Assembly (NCBI RefSeq): GCF_001194135.2
Contig: NC_068982.1
Coordinates: forward strand, 151,181,308 to 151,245,307
From: Octopus bimaculoides
Lineage: Eukaryota
Direction: 5' to 3'
Length of the DNA stretch: 64,000 nucleotides
Below are positions 38,621 to 53,221 of the stretch, one piece after another; position 1 is the stretch's first letter; every line of letters starts with the position of its first letter. Made by a program: the position numbers and the translations under genes. The notes beneath the pieces were generated by a model. It was not told the origin of the DNA, made no database searches, and worked only from the letters and a program-made list of their open reading frames with translations.

Positions 38621-39618
38621 CCTATAGAAGAGAGGAGAGACTATAGAGATAAGGTTTGACGTTCAGAAATCAGTTATTCCATGTTAATTTTTTGTTGGTA
38701 TTTTAATGGAAATAACTTTTTAAATGTATAATATACTTACTGTGAACTTAGCTGTGTAAAATGTCAGCGAAAATGGTAAAGAAGTTGAATACTCTAACGA
38801 TGACAACCCAAAATGTTCAACGTCATATGGCAAGATGAAATGAAAATATGAGCATATCCTTCTGCAAATTAAGTTCTTACTGCTGCAAAATGTGATGAAA
38901 CTGCGATAGGTTTCGCCCGGTAGATCACTTTTCACGACCGTCAGATATTCGGCATGCAAAGACTACAAGGGCATGGTCACTGGAAGAAAGAAACTCCCAA
39001 AAGGACCAACTTAAGTACACCTAGTACCGGACATTCCCGAAAAAACTTAAGTGTACAAAGATCAGTTTGGCAGGAGCAGAGAAAACTGCAGCAGATCGAC
39101 AACACTCGAAGACGCTCATTGCCTTATGTATTTCACAACTTTGGAAAATTCATTCATATCTATTGGCACAAAATAGGGAAATCGGTAAAATATCGAAAAC
39201 AATTTTGGTATCCTACAGTTACAGTTACATTGTCGTAATTAACAAGACCCTTTTAAATTCCGGTTACGTCACTTTATGCTATCAATAAAATAATGCCAAC
39301 TAGAAGTATAAATTGTGTGATTGATGTAACCGACTAAAACCCTTGAAAGTGATGCAAGAATGTTAGAATCCAATGACTGAAACCAGTAAGAAAGAATAAT
39401 TAGATAACACTGCTGCGTGTAGCAAAAATTAATTGAATATCTCATTCATAAACTGTCTTCAATGTGAGTGACGCATGAAACCATCAAATGCGGAAGTAAC
39501 GTAATAATCAGATTATATGACTTTGTTACAGAAGACCAAGGTCAATATGAAGTAACTGAAGATTCAAATGAAATATCTATACATTTTAATGTATTCTCAC
39601 AGTACATAGCATAAACTA

Positions 39619-39720
39619 TTGAAATTCCAATGAATGAGCCTTGAATCTAGGTTAGAAACCGGCTCTTTCTGTTGTAGCAAGAAATCTTGAAATAAACTGA
39701 ATATTGACATACATACATGC
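39619..39720 (+). mobile_element. R4/Dong-like family copy D: 3'-terminal 100 bp with catacatacat tail
   Basis: ttgaaattccaatgaa.gagccttg.atctaggttagaaaccggctctttct..tagcaagaaatcttgaaataaactgaata matches the termini of copies B and C. Confidence 0.88.
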
Positions 39721-39733
39721 ATGCGTCCATGCG

Positions 39734-39782
<49 letters not shown>

Positions 39783-39943
39783 GTTTCCCTGATTTTATTT
39801 TTCGAATGTTTTACCAATGGAAAAAGGGATTCTAGCCTAGAGATAAGGCTATTTCATTAGAATTTGTACATCAGCAAGGTATGCATGTATATACGAAGTA
39901 TATATGATGTCAATACGAGGTATATATGATACACATATGTAAT

Positions 39944-40277
39944 GACCTACGTCGGTTATTGTGACAAGTGTTCCAGTTGATATGATTAATGGAACAGCCT
40001 GCTTGTGAAATTAACATGCAAGTGGCTAAGCGCTCCACAGACGCGTGTACCCTTAAGCTAAGTCTCAGAGAGATTACCCTTAAGGTAAGTCTCAGTTCGA
40101 TACAGTGTGACAAGTCTGGCCCTTTGAACTACAAGTACTACTCGTTTTTGCCAGTTGAGTGGACTGGAGCAACGATAAATAAAGTGTCTTGCTCAAGGAT
40201 GCAACGAGCTACCAGGAATCGAACTCACGACCTTATCATCATTAGCCGAATACCTTACCCACTAAGGCCAGCGCCTT
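39944..40277 (-). mobile_element. tRNA-derived SINE (family 3)
   Basis: A-box TGGCCTTAGTGG, B-box GTTCGATTCC (40215-40224), central ccttgagcaagacactt; homologous to 57119-57395. Confidence 0.88.
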
Positions 40278-40370
40278 GGAATGTACACACACACAAACTT
40301 GCGTGCGCGCGCACACACACACACATGCATGCATCATATATACATATAAGCATGCATATACATATGTGCC

Positions 40371-40454
40371 GTGGATACGTTGTTGTCGGTATGGAGGTCA
40401 TAGCATACGTGGATATGTGGCTGTCGGTATGGAGGTCATAGCATGCGCGGATAT
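40371..40454. repeat. 38-bp tandem repeat, about 2.2 copies
   Basis: gtggata.gt.g.tgtcggtatggaggtcatagcat at 40371 and 40409, partial third copy at 40447. Confidence 0.85.
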
Positions 40455-41654
40455 TTACGCTTTGTCTTATGTATGTGTACACAATCATATGTTTGCAAAT
40501 CTATATGTCTATATATGCCCTTTTTACAAACTAAAACGTTTTGAATGTTTTACATATAACTGACTCTTTGATGGTTTGGGATGCAATTAAGAGTAGCATT
40601 TCTGGTTCTGTGAAACCCAGCTATTTAATACCGGTTATGAGGTAATTATTCACAGATCTATTCGTTCCAATAATTATTGATAGATTTCTAAATCTGTAAG
40701 TAGAATAGAGTAGCTGCAGATTTCTCATCAGTTCGGCATACTTTTTTTTTTCAATAACATTTAACATTGTTAACATTTGGGCAACTGATTTCAGGCACTG
40801 TGAATTTCTTTTCTTAGATCAAAGTCATTGTCATCGTTGTTTGTTATTCTTGCACTTTATTGAAAACTCAATAAAAATATTTTAGCCGTATTCTTTCGTA
40901 TTATATTTGATTATGCTCCCCTCATCACTGCAAGTTCTTAAATTTGCATCGTCAGGTTTGACCTTTCACCGGATTTTGTTATATATTGCTCAATCTATGC
41001 TGTCATATTTAGGTATCATTGTAATAACATTTTCGGGCATCTATTTATGATGCGAGTGATATCGTCAGCGTTAATTCCACAGTATGCAATTGTTATCGCA
41101 TCTAGGTGGTTTACTTGCATCTCTATTTCGTTTGTGCGTCAGATATTTTATTTTCTCCAAAAGCATATCATTCAAAGTAAGAGCTAATATTACGGTTGTT
41201 ACTTCCAGATAGATACTATAATTATTGAAGTTGCAGCAACTTTGAGGCTTTTTGGGACAGTAGCCAACCATGAAATTCGCAGATATGTTCACAGATTCTT
41301 TTTAGTAAAGTTCTGCAAATTCTCTAGGTATATATCCTTAGTCATCAATGAAAATTATTTTTGAGTAGTTCTTTCCCATGGCTGGATTTCAGCATTTGGT
41401 CGTTCGTATATGTTGTCGAGGGGATATGATGCAATATTCTGAGGCCGTTTGAAGCGACGGCAAACTTCTGCTACATGATCTTTAAGTTAAAGTAGTCTCC
41501 TCAGCGTTGATATGAAAATATCTGGTTTGGGTTAGCAATTTTCGAATTTGAATAGCCGTATCTCATCCAAGTAGCCTCAAATGCTGATATTTGTACTGAT
41601 ACAGACACATACATACATACATACATACAGACAGACAGACAGACAGACAGATAG

Positions 41655-41689
<35 letters not shown>

Positions 41690-42665
41690 CACTCACACAC
41701 GCACACGCGTATCCAGGCGTACGTACGCATGTACGCGTTTATGAATGCATCTTCTATTTTTAATTAAATGAAGTCTTACTCTAAGGAAGGAGCTCCATTG
41801 TTAACAGATGTTAACAAAATGTAGTTAACAAAAACACTGTCACATATTGAACTTGAGAAAAACCTTACTGTCCACTTACAGATTGCATTGTTAATGTGAG
41901 TGTTAGCTGGTTGATGTTTTTTTTCCTTGGAAAACCCAGCTTTTCCAGGTTATCACTTCGGCGTTTACAACCAAAACCAAGAACATCAATGATTTTGGTA
42001 TAAAAGTGTATTAAGGATAATTAGATTGCATGGTCGGTTGTAATGGAGAAGAGATATGGAGAATTTTTCTTCATTAAATTTTAGGTTGCGTTATTGTTTT
42101 GCAATCAGGTGTGTCTAATTTGATGTGTCATCTTCAGGTCACGAGGATTCACAAAAGAAGGTATATTAGGTGGAAGGTATATGTTGGTCAGCAAATGTGT
42201 AACTAGGTTTGGTTGTTGGTTTTACTTGAATATTAATGAGATACTTAACCATTAGTTTTGAGAATGAGAGGTTTAGAGCTCGGAGTTCAGTCCAATGTTT
42301 AAGTCTTTGTAATTAGGTGTGTTGGCTTTTTGGTAATAGAGTTTTTAAGGGTTTACAACAGAATTTTAAAAAGGTGTTAAATTTTAGTCTGTTGATAGTT
42401 TTGTGTTATTTATTGTCACAGCACAACCATACAAAAATAACGAACTTTATACCAATAAATCTTGCAACAATGCTATTTTCAAGAAACAAATTCAGAACTG
42501 AAACTCTAAATTAGTCTTTTCATAATAAATTCATACCGTACCAACAGTATTGAGTAAACCTTCAGTTTAATGTAAAACTGCGTTTTATCATTACATAGAA
42601 ACATAATTGCTTTTATTATTTTACATAAAGTCAAATTGTTTTTGTTATAACACACACACATAGTA

Positions 42666-42727
<62 letters not shown>

Positions 42728-43213
42728 GTGTGTGTATGTGTTTGTGTGTGTATGCGTGCGTGTGTGTGTGTGTGCGCGCGCGAGTGTGTATACGCGTGTA
42801 CGTGTGTGTGTGTTTGTACTGAGTGAGAATGAAAGACAAATGAGGTACGAGAGAGGTAATATTGGAGCCTACTTCAAATTCCATCCTTCAAGTTATACTC
42901 ATGAACAACAGTTGAAACGCAAGCTCTTGAAAGATTTGCCAGTTTTATCTTGCTGCCACTGTTTATAGCTCTACGGCATTCTTCCATTTCAGCTTGTGGA
43001 ATTTAATTCTAGCTAGATAATATGGGCCGTTGGCAATTAAATGCCTTCGCCAAAGACATACTGCAGTGAAAGGGAGAAACAATACAAATTGCTTGATATA
43101 TATAAAGGGTCAGAATATTGATTTAACCTTCAGATAGACACCCAGACATAGATACAAAGGTGCACTAGCACACACACAAGCATAAACAGATGTATATGTA
43201 GTCTGCATGTGTA

Positions 43214-43304
<91 letters not shown>

Positions 43305-43494
43305 TTCATGTATACACATACACGTGCGCGCACGCACGCACACACACGTATATGCAAGATAGATAATAAAGATCCGAATGATGTTTCAAAATTTCTTAAT
43401 GTTTCACAATAGTTTTCACAGCTTAAGTGTGAACATAATCAAGTAAAAATTACATGACTAACACTTACTTCTATCTATGTATACCTACGTTTCC

Positions 43495-43537
43495 ATCCAC
43501 CCATCCATCCATCCATCCATCCATCCATCCATCCATC

Positions 43538-43578
<41 letters not shown>
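43495..43578. repeat. (CCAT)n(CTAT)n compound microsatellite
   Basis: Direct reading. Confidence 0.95.
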
Positions 43579-43598
<20 letters not shown>

Positions 43599-43749
43599 GA
43601 CTGAAAGACGGAAAGACAGACAAATAGAATAGATAGAACGTTCAAGAAAACGCCTAGCCTCATTGAGTCCCATTTATAATTTTACAAGTTAAAATCAGGC
43701 CGAGATCAAATTTGCTTTTGTCTCTTCTAGTGTTGGTAACAAAAAGTAC

Positions 43750-43863
43750 CTGTAAAAGTGGTGAGAATTGTACCTGAGGTTTGGAGAAAGTGTTTCGTGT
43801 TATTTGTTCAGTCTCTTTATTTTCGGAGTGTAAATTTATCTGTACCTGGCTGATAAGATGGAG
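43750..43863 (-). other. Candidate micro-exon pair (18 nt at 43846-43863 and 24 nt at 43750-43773) with a 72-nt intron
   Basis: ttttttttcttcttttttcaaag|CTCCATCTTATCAGCCAG|gtac...ctcag|GTACAATTCTCACCACTTTTACAG|gtac; open in phase 1 as PSYQPGTILTTFT. Confidence 0.18.
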
Positions 43864-44253
43864 CTTTGAAAAAAGAAGAAAAAAATACTCGAAGACAACG
43901 AGGAACCACCTTTGCATATTCAAACGAAAATTCCATAGTAATCTTATAGCATTTGTAAATTAGGTTACTAATTGTCGTTCGTTGGAGGAAGGAGTATTTT
44001 TCCTTTTGTAAGACGAGAAGATATTGAGGGAGATTTGGCTGTTATTTATTGCAGGTTTAGTTATACTGTAGTGGTTCCCTCGTTTGATCGATGTTAGTTC
44101 TATAAGGTCAATCAACACCGAATAGTTACAATGTGTAATAATTACCAACTATCGAAATTGATCAGTTAGACATCAGATTAGTTCAATCAAATTACACACA
44201 CGTATGGGTGTATGTATGTGTGAGTGTGTGAGTGTGTGAGTGTGTGTGTGTGT

Positions 44254-44296
<43 letters not shown>

Positions 44297-44762
44297 TATC
44301 GGTGTGTATGATTGTTTATTTGCGTATGTGACAAAATAGAAATAAAAATAAATATTAGACAACGTAAAGCAAACTTTGTGTTCTTTGAACTTGTTTCAAA
44401 ATTTCTTTAAAAAAGACTTCAATAATGTCAATCGTTCTACTTGGAGCTAGTATCACACTTGTTTGCTTGTAGCTATTATCGCACTTCTTTCTTGTTAGTA
44501 ATTTATTGTTTCACATCAAAGAATGTTATTCGACCACATTTGCTCACAAAAAAAGACTGGAAGACATCCTAAAAGAAAAACCTCATTTGAAACATTTTAC
44601 TCATCTCTGAATAACCTTTATAATTATACAAAATATATCTGGAAGTTCTGTGAAATTGACTGAGAAATCCTTTTATCTAAATTTAATTAGAAACTGTAAA
44701 AAATATCACTTTTAAGCAGTAAGAAATAGCTTCTATCAACTCCCAAAATACACGCATTTTTA

Positions 44763-44797
<35 letters not shown>

Positions 44798-45062
44798 ATG
44801 TGCTTGCGCGCGTGTGTGTGTGTGTGCATGTGCTTGCGTACACACACAGAGTTATAGGCCATTGACATAACAAACACATCTGCACAATCATACAAAATGT
44901 CTGCAATATATAAAAAAATAGAATTCCTGAAATTTTGTACTATTCGTTAGAAACACTGAAAAGGAAAGCTTATAAGTCATGCAGTGAACATTCCTGGAGT
45001 TAGTATGTTTGTGCCAACAGCATACACATTGTATCTAGGTTATAATAAACAGATCTGGGCCA

Positions 45063-45185
45063 AGACGTGTGCATAGCTTAGGACGTGTGCATAGCTTAGG
45101 ACGTATGCATAGCTTAGGACGTGTGCATAGCTTAGGACGTGTGCATAGTTTAGGACGTGTGCATAGCTTAGGACGTGTGCATAGT
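45063..45185. repeat. 18-bp minisatellite (ggacgtgtgcatagctta), about 6.8 copies
   Basis: Near-perfect head-to-tail units without spacers. Confidence 0.97.
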
Positions 45186-46932
45186 CATTTATTTCATATA
45201 TAGTTACACAAATCAACACTAATCTCTTTCCAGAGACCTCTCCTTTCCAGAATTGCAGTTTACTGTACTTCCCTTCCAATCAATGTTTCCCTCAATGACT
45301 AACCAGCATATGTTCAGCTGAAAATCAACCACATCTGGGAAGACTTATAAAGAAAATGAACACAGTCTATACTCCTCAACTGAAAGGGAAAAAAAACCCA
45401 CTAAAAAGGCATGACATTGATAATTTCTTTAAGCTGTTCTTGTTAGCAGATTTGGGAATATGTTTGAAAGTATAACTGAGGCAAACCAAGAAATCTCAGC
45501 TAATCGCAGCTTGTTTAGTGATGTGTGAATGTAACATTTTGGAATCACTTATATGATACAATTTTACGTCACTGTACACTGTTCATGTAACTGTTGAATA
45601 ATATATGAGACTATATCTTTCGGATATTTTAGCTATAGCATATTATCAAGTACGATGATAATATTTGTTAATATTGTTGTCTAACAAGAATAATAAAAGC
45701 AACTGGATAATGTTCTTAGTTTATCTAGTCCGTTACCCAGCTAGGAAATTCAAAGTACTACCTACATTATATTTTAATGTCTCTATTACCATTAAAAAAC
45801 TCAGTTAATAAAATAAGAGAAAAACTCTAAAGCATGCGACATTAACGTTCTTTTAGGAATATATATTTATGACGTTGCTTCTATGCATTGTTATTAATAA
45901 ACTGTTTCCAAGGAAAGGATATTTCTTATGAATCTGGAAAAAAGATTATCAGAAAGAATTATTCTTCTTTTTCTGTCAGATGGGATATTTTAATAAATCA
46001 AAAATTAATTACGCATGGTATTTCATATGACCTCACTGTCTTGTATGCATGTATGTATGTATGTATGTATGTATGTATGTATGTATGTATGTATGTATGT
46101 ATGTATGTATGTATGTATGTATGCATGGATGTGTGTGTATGTATGTATGTAGGTAGGTAAGTAGATAGGTAGGTATGCATACATCTATGTGTTTATATAT
46201 ATGTGTGTGTGTGTATATATATATATATATGTATGTGTACGTGTACATGTATATACATGAATGTGCGTGTCTGTGTGATTATCAATATCCTATCATGCAC
46301 GACAAGTGACCAGTTATTTTCCGGCTCAATATTCAGTTATAAATTAAACATTTATACCCTACATACGACTTGAATACAATCATCACATCGAAGGATAGGC
46401 TAAAATGCAGTTTCCGCTCCTCATAATTAGAAAACCAAAAACGCTTTTGATATATTTATGAATTTCGATACACGTGTGTCAGTAAATAACTCATTTCTCT
46501 AATATATCGGTAACAAATAAAACTTCTAAGTAAAATTTCTGACCCTTTTATACACCCGCAATTATAAAACGTAATAAAAGCAAAATTGTCAACCCATTAA
46601 AGCTGAATGAAGTGATGAAACATATATACACTATACGTACATATGACTACTCTTTTATTAATGGCAGATTTACAGTATTTGCAGCAAAGTTATCGTAGAT
46701 CCACAGGATAGAATATATCGAATTCGAGTCGATTATGACAACGATCATTTACATTCCTGAACATAAAGATAAACATCTTTGGTCAACGGCTCAAAGTTTG
46801 AACCATATTCACACATACATCAAAAACACTCACAAACAAACCCACATATTTCATGATGCACAATAAACAATATGCACACAATATCACACACATTTATATG
46901 AGAAATATGTATGTAAATATGTGTATATGAGA

Positions 46933-46963
<31 letters not shown>

Positions 46964-47210
46964 GGGAGGTAGAGAGAAAGGGAGAGATACAGTTATATCA
47001 AATATTATGCAACATAAATTCTTGATTTATTAAAATTATGGATATATCCTAATTACCAATTGACAGTTAAGACCAGCTCCACTTGAAACTGTGAGATAAC
47101 CTCATGAGTGAAGAATTTTCCAGCATGACAAGCCATTAAGGAAAAGGAAAGGGTTATATCTAGAATTGATACGACAGACATTGACACGTGTTTCTGATGC
47201 AAATACTCTA

Positions 47211-47350
47211 ATATTCTTTTCTACTCTAAGGCACGAGGCCCAAAATTTTCGGGGAGAGGGTCAGTCGATTAGATCGACCCCAGTACGCAACTGGTACTTA
47301 ATTTATCGACCCCGAAAGGATGAAAGGCAAAGTCGACTCCGGTGGAATTT
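47211..47350 (-). mobile_element. SINE family 2, 3' part
   Basis: tcgaccccagtacgcaactggtacttaatttatcgaccccgaaaggatgaaaggcaaagtcgac...ggaattt. Confidence 0.88.
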
Positions 47351-48095
47351 ACAAGTACTCTAATATTGACACACAAAACTGTTTCTCTTTTATACAACAG
47401 TACATCTGCCCTTCTCACACACTCCAAATACATATCAAAGCTAGGTATGACTTTAAGCTGCATTTCGTTGTAGGGCTCTGGTTGGGAGTTTCAGAGTTTT
47501 AAGGAGTGTGTAACCACCTCATAGCCACTATTTTTCCCATGTCTATTTTGACCTGGAGTAGTAGCACGTAACAGTGTCCCAGCTATGGGTTCACTAGCAT
47601 ATGTGATGACAGTCCATCTGAACGCAGGGATGCAAAATTACCCTAGATTGGTGTCAGGGCGTGCAGTGAAACCACCGTGAGTTAGGAACCATTAGTTGTC
47701 ACAACATCCTTCTAGGAAAGGGACACCTTGGTGTAAAACCTGAAGCTTCACGTGATTATTGGTAGTCTCCCTTCGGCCTGTTACTGGGAAACTAAAATAG
47801 TGATACTCGTGTTGTACAAGCATTTATCACTATAACCTAGTGTCTTTTTATATTGACCTCATTCGTCATCCCATCTGAAAATCCTATGAGGAGAGAAGAG
47901 TGTGCAGACCTAATCATTTGGAAGCACATAATAAGTTACAACTTTTGTCTGTCGCTTATACTTCAAACCATGCAGATTTGCAGCGAGACTGAATAGTCAT
48001 CTGAGAGATCATGAATGGGAAGTCAGAAGTGCCATTGACGATAAGGTAGTATAAGGGGACGGCAATCATCTGTGCATACTGAGCAATCAACACAT

Positions 48096-48109
48096 ACGCA
48101 CACACACAC

Positions 48110-48197
<88 letters not shown>
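48096..48197. repeat. (CA)n microsatellite
   Basis: Direct reading. Confidence 0.95.
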
Positions 48198-48348
48198 GTA
48201 TGTACACACATTCTTTTATTCTTTTATACGTTTCAACCCTAAAACTGTGGCCATGTATAAAAAATACTTATTTTCTATACATGATTCAAACATATTCATA
48301 TAGGGCCCCTCATACTCCCAGACGCATGTGTGTGTGTGTGTGTTTATG

Positions 48349-48386
<38 letters not shown>

Positions 48387-51282
48387 TGCGTATACTCGCA
48401 CGCACAATTAATCTTATGAATGCATAACCCAATACACATGACCACACATGAACACACACACACGCGCACACATACACACACACACGCACACACACATATA
48501 CATACAAAGTATACGGACAGGATATATGCTAATGCTCTCCCAAACTACAACCATATAGTTGCAAACTATACGCATTATTTAATATTAATACGACGCTGAC
48601 ATACATACATGCATACATACACATGGTTAACATAAAGAATAGTATACTAAGTTACCGATTACAAACGGTATGTGTATATCTCACAATCAATAACGAAACA
48701 ATAATAATGCAAATGTCACCGAAAAACTATACAATGAATTTAAACACAGAGAATATATAATTATGCATATGAAATAAATGTAAAAACAATAATAATAAAA
48801 GTAGAAATAAAAAATATAATAAACTTTATCCAATACCTATACAAAGAGAAATATTAGTAACAAAATGAAAAAATACAAAAATATAAGAAAAGATAATATG
48901 AAATGAAAAAGGAAAATGCTTACACATAGCTGCACGTATTGTACAGATAAAATGACACGATAATTGATAAAAGACAGTAAAAGCAATCTGATAAATAATT
49001 TGTACAACATTTACGAAACAGACCGCGAATACAAGATGTACAAGCAATGAGCCAAAGATCCACGAATAAGAACAGTTAACAGTTTCCCAATTAGGAATTA
49101 CGACATTCGGAAGATTTATTCGGAATATAGTCCCTATATAAACATAAGTAAATGAAGTCAGTAATCAGCAAGTTAAGATATATACAAAGTCAATCACAAT
49201 AACAGAACAGTCCATGATATTGTATTCTTCACTTACATTTTCCTTTTATTGCAAAATATGCACCAAATTCAATAAAAATATGAAGGTTACTCTGATTACT
49301 CTGCATAAAATACAAAATATTAATATTTTTGTAGATTAAGTAGGCATAACTCTCGCCCCTGCCTTTCAATCTCAGTATTAAAGCTACACGTAGTATTGCT
49401 GTAGTACGAATGCTGCGTACATTTCTACAACAACGTTTTCTTTACGTACTATGAACTCAACTGGTCGTCCTGTCCGATCTTCAACTTAAAGGCTGAAATC
49501 TCCACATCTGAATTTTGCAAACTATCTTCTGCAAGTTCTTTCAGTCAAGCATTCTTTCCCATAAACTGAGTATATGTTTCGAGTCGCTTCGGCTGCAGAG
49601 TTTCCTTTTTTGTACTCATAAAAGCATAATGTGCCTTAAATGCTCTTTAGATACTTCCATGTTAGAAAGGGTTTCAATCAAAGAAATTTTAATTCTATTA
49701 TTCTGTAAAATAATATTTAATTAGTTTAAATGTACACAAATGCATAAAAATAATTTTTAATTCCACTAGACATTCTAAAATATTAAATTTCATTCAATTT
49801 TAAAAGCGGTAAAATCGGACGGGTTGTCCTGATACTCATTTAGGGATGTCCTGATATTCATTTAGATCCAAATGGATGGAGAGTTACTGAGTATGTAAGG
49901 AACTCTTCATCCATTAGGATGTAAATGAATATACATGAATATATGTCAATTTTGTCCTGAAGAANNNNNNNNNNATATATAAATTGAGTTTCTGTATTTA
50001 CACTCTCCATTTTCTTTATGCTTTATCTTTAAATTCTATTCTCCTATATCGGATAGATTAAAACTTCTGTAACTACAACTGGAACTTTATAAGGGTAAAA
50101 CGCTAATGTCGAAAAAGAACCAACAATAAACACTAATACTGTGAAAGAGGTACCGCTTTCCATTCGAAACTTCATAATCACTCGTTACATACGTACATAT
50201 ATACATACCAACATACACACACAGACACACAGACACAGACACACACACAGACACACACATGCACACGCGCACACACACACTCATATACACACATATTTCT
50301 TATATATATATATACATACATATATCTATATACGTATATATATATATATATATATATATNNNNNNNNNNNNNNNNNNNNNNNNNNNNNNNNNNNNNNNNN
50401 NNNNNNNNNNNNNNNNNNNNNNNNNNNNNNNNNNNNNNNNNNNNNNNNNNNNNNNNNNNNNNNNNNNNNNNNNNNNNNNNNNNNNNNNNNNNNNNNNNNN
50501 NNNNNNNNNNNNNNNNNNNNNNNNNNNNNNNNNNNNNNNNNNNNNNNNNNNNNNNNNNNNNNNNNNNNNNNNNNNNNNNNNNNNNNNNNNNNNNNNNNNN
50601 NNNNNNNNNNNNNNNNNNNNNNNNNNNNNNNNNNNNNNNNNNNNNNNNNNNNNNNNNNNNNNNNNNNNNNNNNNNNNNNNNNNNNNNNNNNNNNNNNNNN
50701 NNNNNNNNNNNNNNNNNNNNNNNNNNNNNNNNNNNNNNNNNNNNNNNNNNNNNNNNNNNNNNNNNNNNNNNNNNNNNNNNNNNNNNNNNNNNNNNNNNNN
50801 NNNNNNNNNNNNNNNNNNNNNNNNNNNNNNNNNNNNNNNNNNNNNNNNNNNNNNNNNNNNNNNNNNNNNNNNNNNNNNNNNNNNNNNNNNNNNNNNNNNN
50901 NNNNNNNNNNNNNNNNNNNNNNNNNNNNNNNNNNNNNNNNNNNNNNNNNNNNNNNNNNNNNNNNNNNNNNNNNNNNNNNNNNNNNNNNNNNNNNNNNNNN
51001 NNNNNNNNNNNNNNNNNNNNNNNNNNNNNNNNNNNNNNNNNNNNNNNNNNNNNNNNNNNTATATATATATATATATGTATATATGTGTGTATGGGGAGGC
51101 AATATGATAATTTGTATCAATAACTGCTTACTGCATCGAAATCATTCACATTTTCTTCAATGCGCTGACACAGGCTTGGAAGTGGATTTAGAATATCGCC
51201 TGAAAGACACATAACAGCACGTAGCTCTTATTTATGGAAAATGAATTATAATAATACAATGAAGAAATTCAAAATGATACAT

Positions 51283-52300
51283 TACAAGAAACGTTACTTG
51301 TCTACGAATGAATATCATATATTTAAGTATTTCTACAAACAGATTGGTTGTTAAATACTGTATTTGTATTTTAACAGTATGAAATTTTTTTCCCACTTTC
51401 TGAAATCAAGTATTAAATGTAGGAAGTTGCTTGTAACCACTTCTGATTATGAACAGTGGTTAGCTGTTGGGTGGAGCTGGAACCTAGCTGCATGGTAGAA
51501 TAATTCTATTATATAAGAGATGTTAGTTTTAGCCTTACTAAGTAAAACATCATCTGATGAGAAACATTTTAATATTCAGATCATCGAATTACAATGAATA
51601 AATAAAAATTATGTTCCTTGTGTTACAAAGCAACACATGTTTTATTGGAAATTAAAACTAATATAGTTTCTTGACTTCACAAACATGCATTTTAGAAAGA
51701 AATATATCAAATATATTTCTCTGAAAATGATGGGTTAATGTGTAAAATAATACTGAAATTGTTGCGGCGAGCTATTTAGTACAAACAATAAATTCATGAC
51801 GCAGAAATCACAGTACAGTATCGAAATTGAGTTTCTTTTGAATCTCTGATATCCGCGAAGACGTCATAAATATGAAAACATTACATTTTATTCATCTTCT
51901 GTATATGGGCTGAAGAAATCCGCATCATACAGAGCAATTAAGACTAGTAATATAAAAATACTAAGTATATTCAATACACCGTCTTTACATACAGATATCT
52001 ACCATTTCTGCTACCCGCATACCATTGCATACACACCTCACACGACAATCAGCTTATATATTACAGCTCATTTACAAAGCAACTTAATTACCACAATTCA
52101 ATTCATACATAACTTTTCCGAATATATTTCGAAGATATTGAAAATATTGCAATTCTTTTCAACTAGTTCATACGAATAACGAATTTGCTGCCTTTTCTTC
52201 CAGAAAATATTTAAAAAACCAGCAATCATAAAATTATATACATATAGTGTTAGATAGGGAGATGGACATACATACATACATACATACATACATAGATACA
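51283..52300 (+). repeat. Left arm of a long inverted repeat
   Basis: Reverse complement of 53222-54177; e.g. gtatattcaatacaccgtctttaca / tgtaaagacggtgtattgaatatac. Confidence 0.93.
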
Positions 52301-53221
52301 TACATAGGCCGGGAATAGTGAGAGAAGAATAGATAGTTCTGGAAGAGAATAAGTTTAATAATGAAAGTACTGAGGGAGGTGGTAGTAGAGGTGGACAGTT
52401 GGGAGGTGAATAGGAGTGGTAGGATAGAGAGTGTTTGAATCGTAGTGAGTTGTGTTGGATTTGTGTCTAGGTATCAAAGTTTAGGGATAATAGCTATAGA
52501 ATTAGATACTAACCTTTCAACCTTTCCCTCCCTTTCTATTTACTCTTTGTATTCAATTTTATACACTTCTGTATACTTCAGTACTCCCCCTCAAATACCG
52601 ATCCACATTTATTATTCTACTAACCACTGCTATCTTGACCACCAACTCACCCGCACTCTGTCCACCTCCTTATAAGTTCTCTCATACCTTTCTACGTACC
52701 TTGGTAATCTTCGTCTGCCACTGAATTAGGCATTTTATCTCCCTCAAATAATAGCCATTCCTTTTCTCACTATCTCAACTTCCAATAATTCTACTATCTA
52801 CCAACATTCTTATGGATCTACGAGCCCCAGAAACAGTTGTTTGACTAATACCACCTTTCCACCCGCCACTTAATTTTCTCTCCCTTTTGTACTCTGTGTA
52901 AGTTGGACCTATTAATATAAATATCTATATATTTATACTTAAAAATTCATCATCTGAAAGTCTCCAATTTTTGCTTTCTCTTGTTTTGCGTGTATACATT
53001 TATACATATTTTGTATTTAATACCCAAACTATTATATTTAATATATTTGATGTATCTAATTTGTTTATCCCCATAATTGCACCTATACCCGCTCAACCTG
53101 ATCCCTCTTACCACTATTCTTTATCTTGCGAAATCGATACCCTGTAAATACATCGGTGTCTAAGTTTGAAACTTTTGAACACTACTAAGTGTCTTCTTTA
53201 CTGGATCTCACCTGTGGACTA

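Noticed and set aside
40200-40277. tRNA gene (A and B boxes)
   Set aside because: No cloverleaf 3' half; continues into a SINE body shared with 57119-57395
45063-45185. CRISPR-like array or AHVLSY-repeat protein
   Set aside because: No spacers, eukaryotic context, no cas genes; a plain minisatellite
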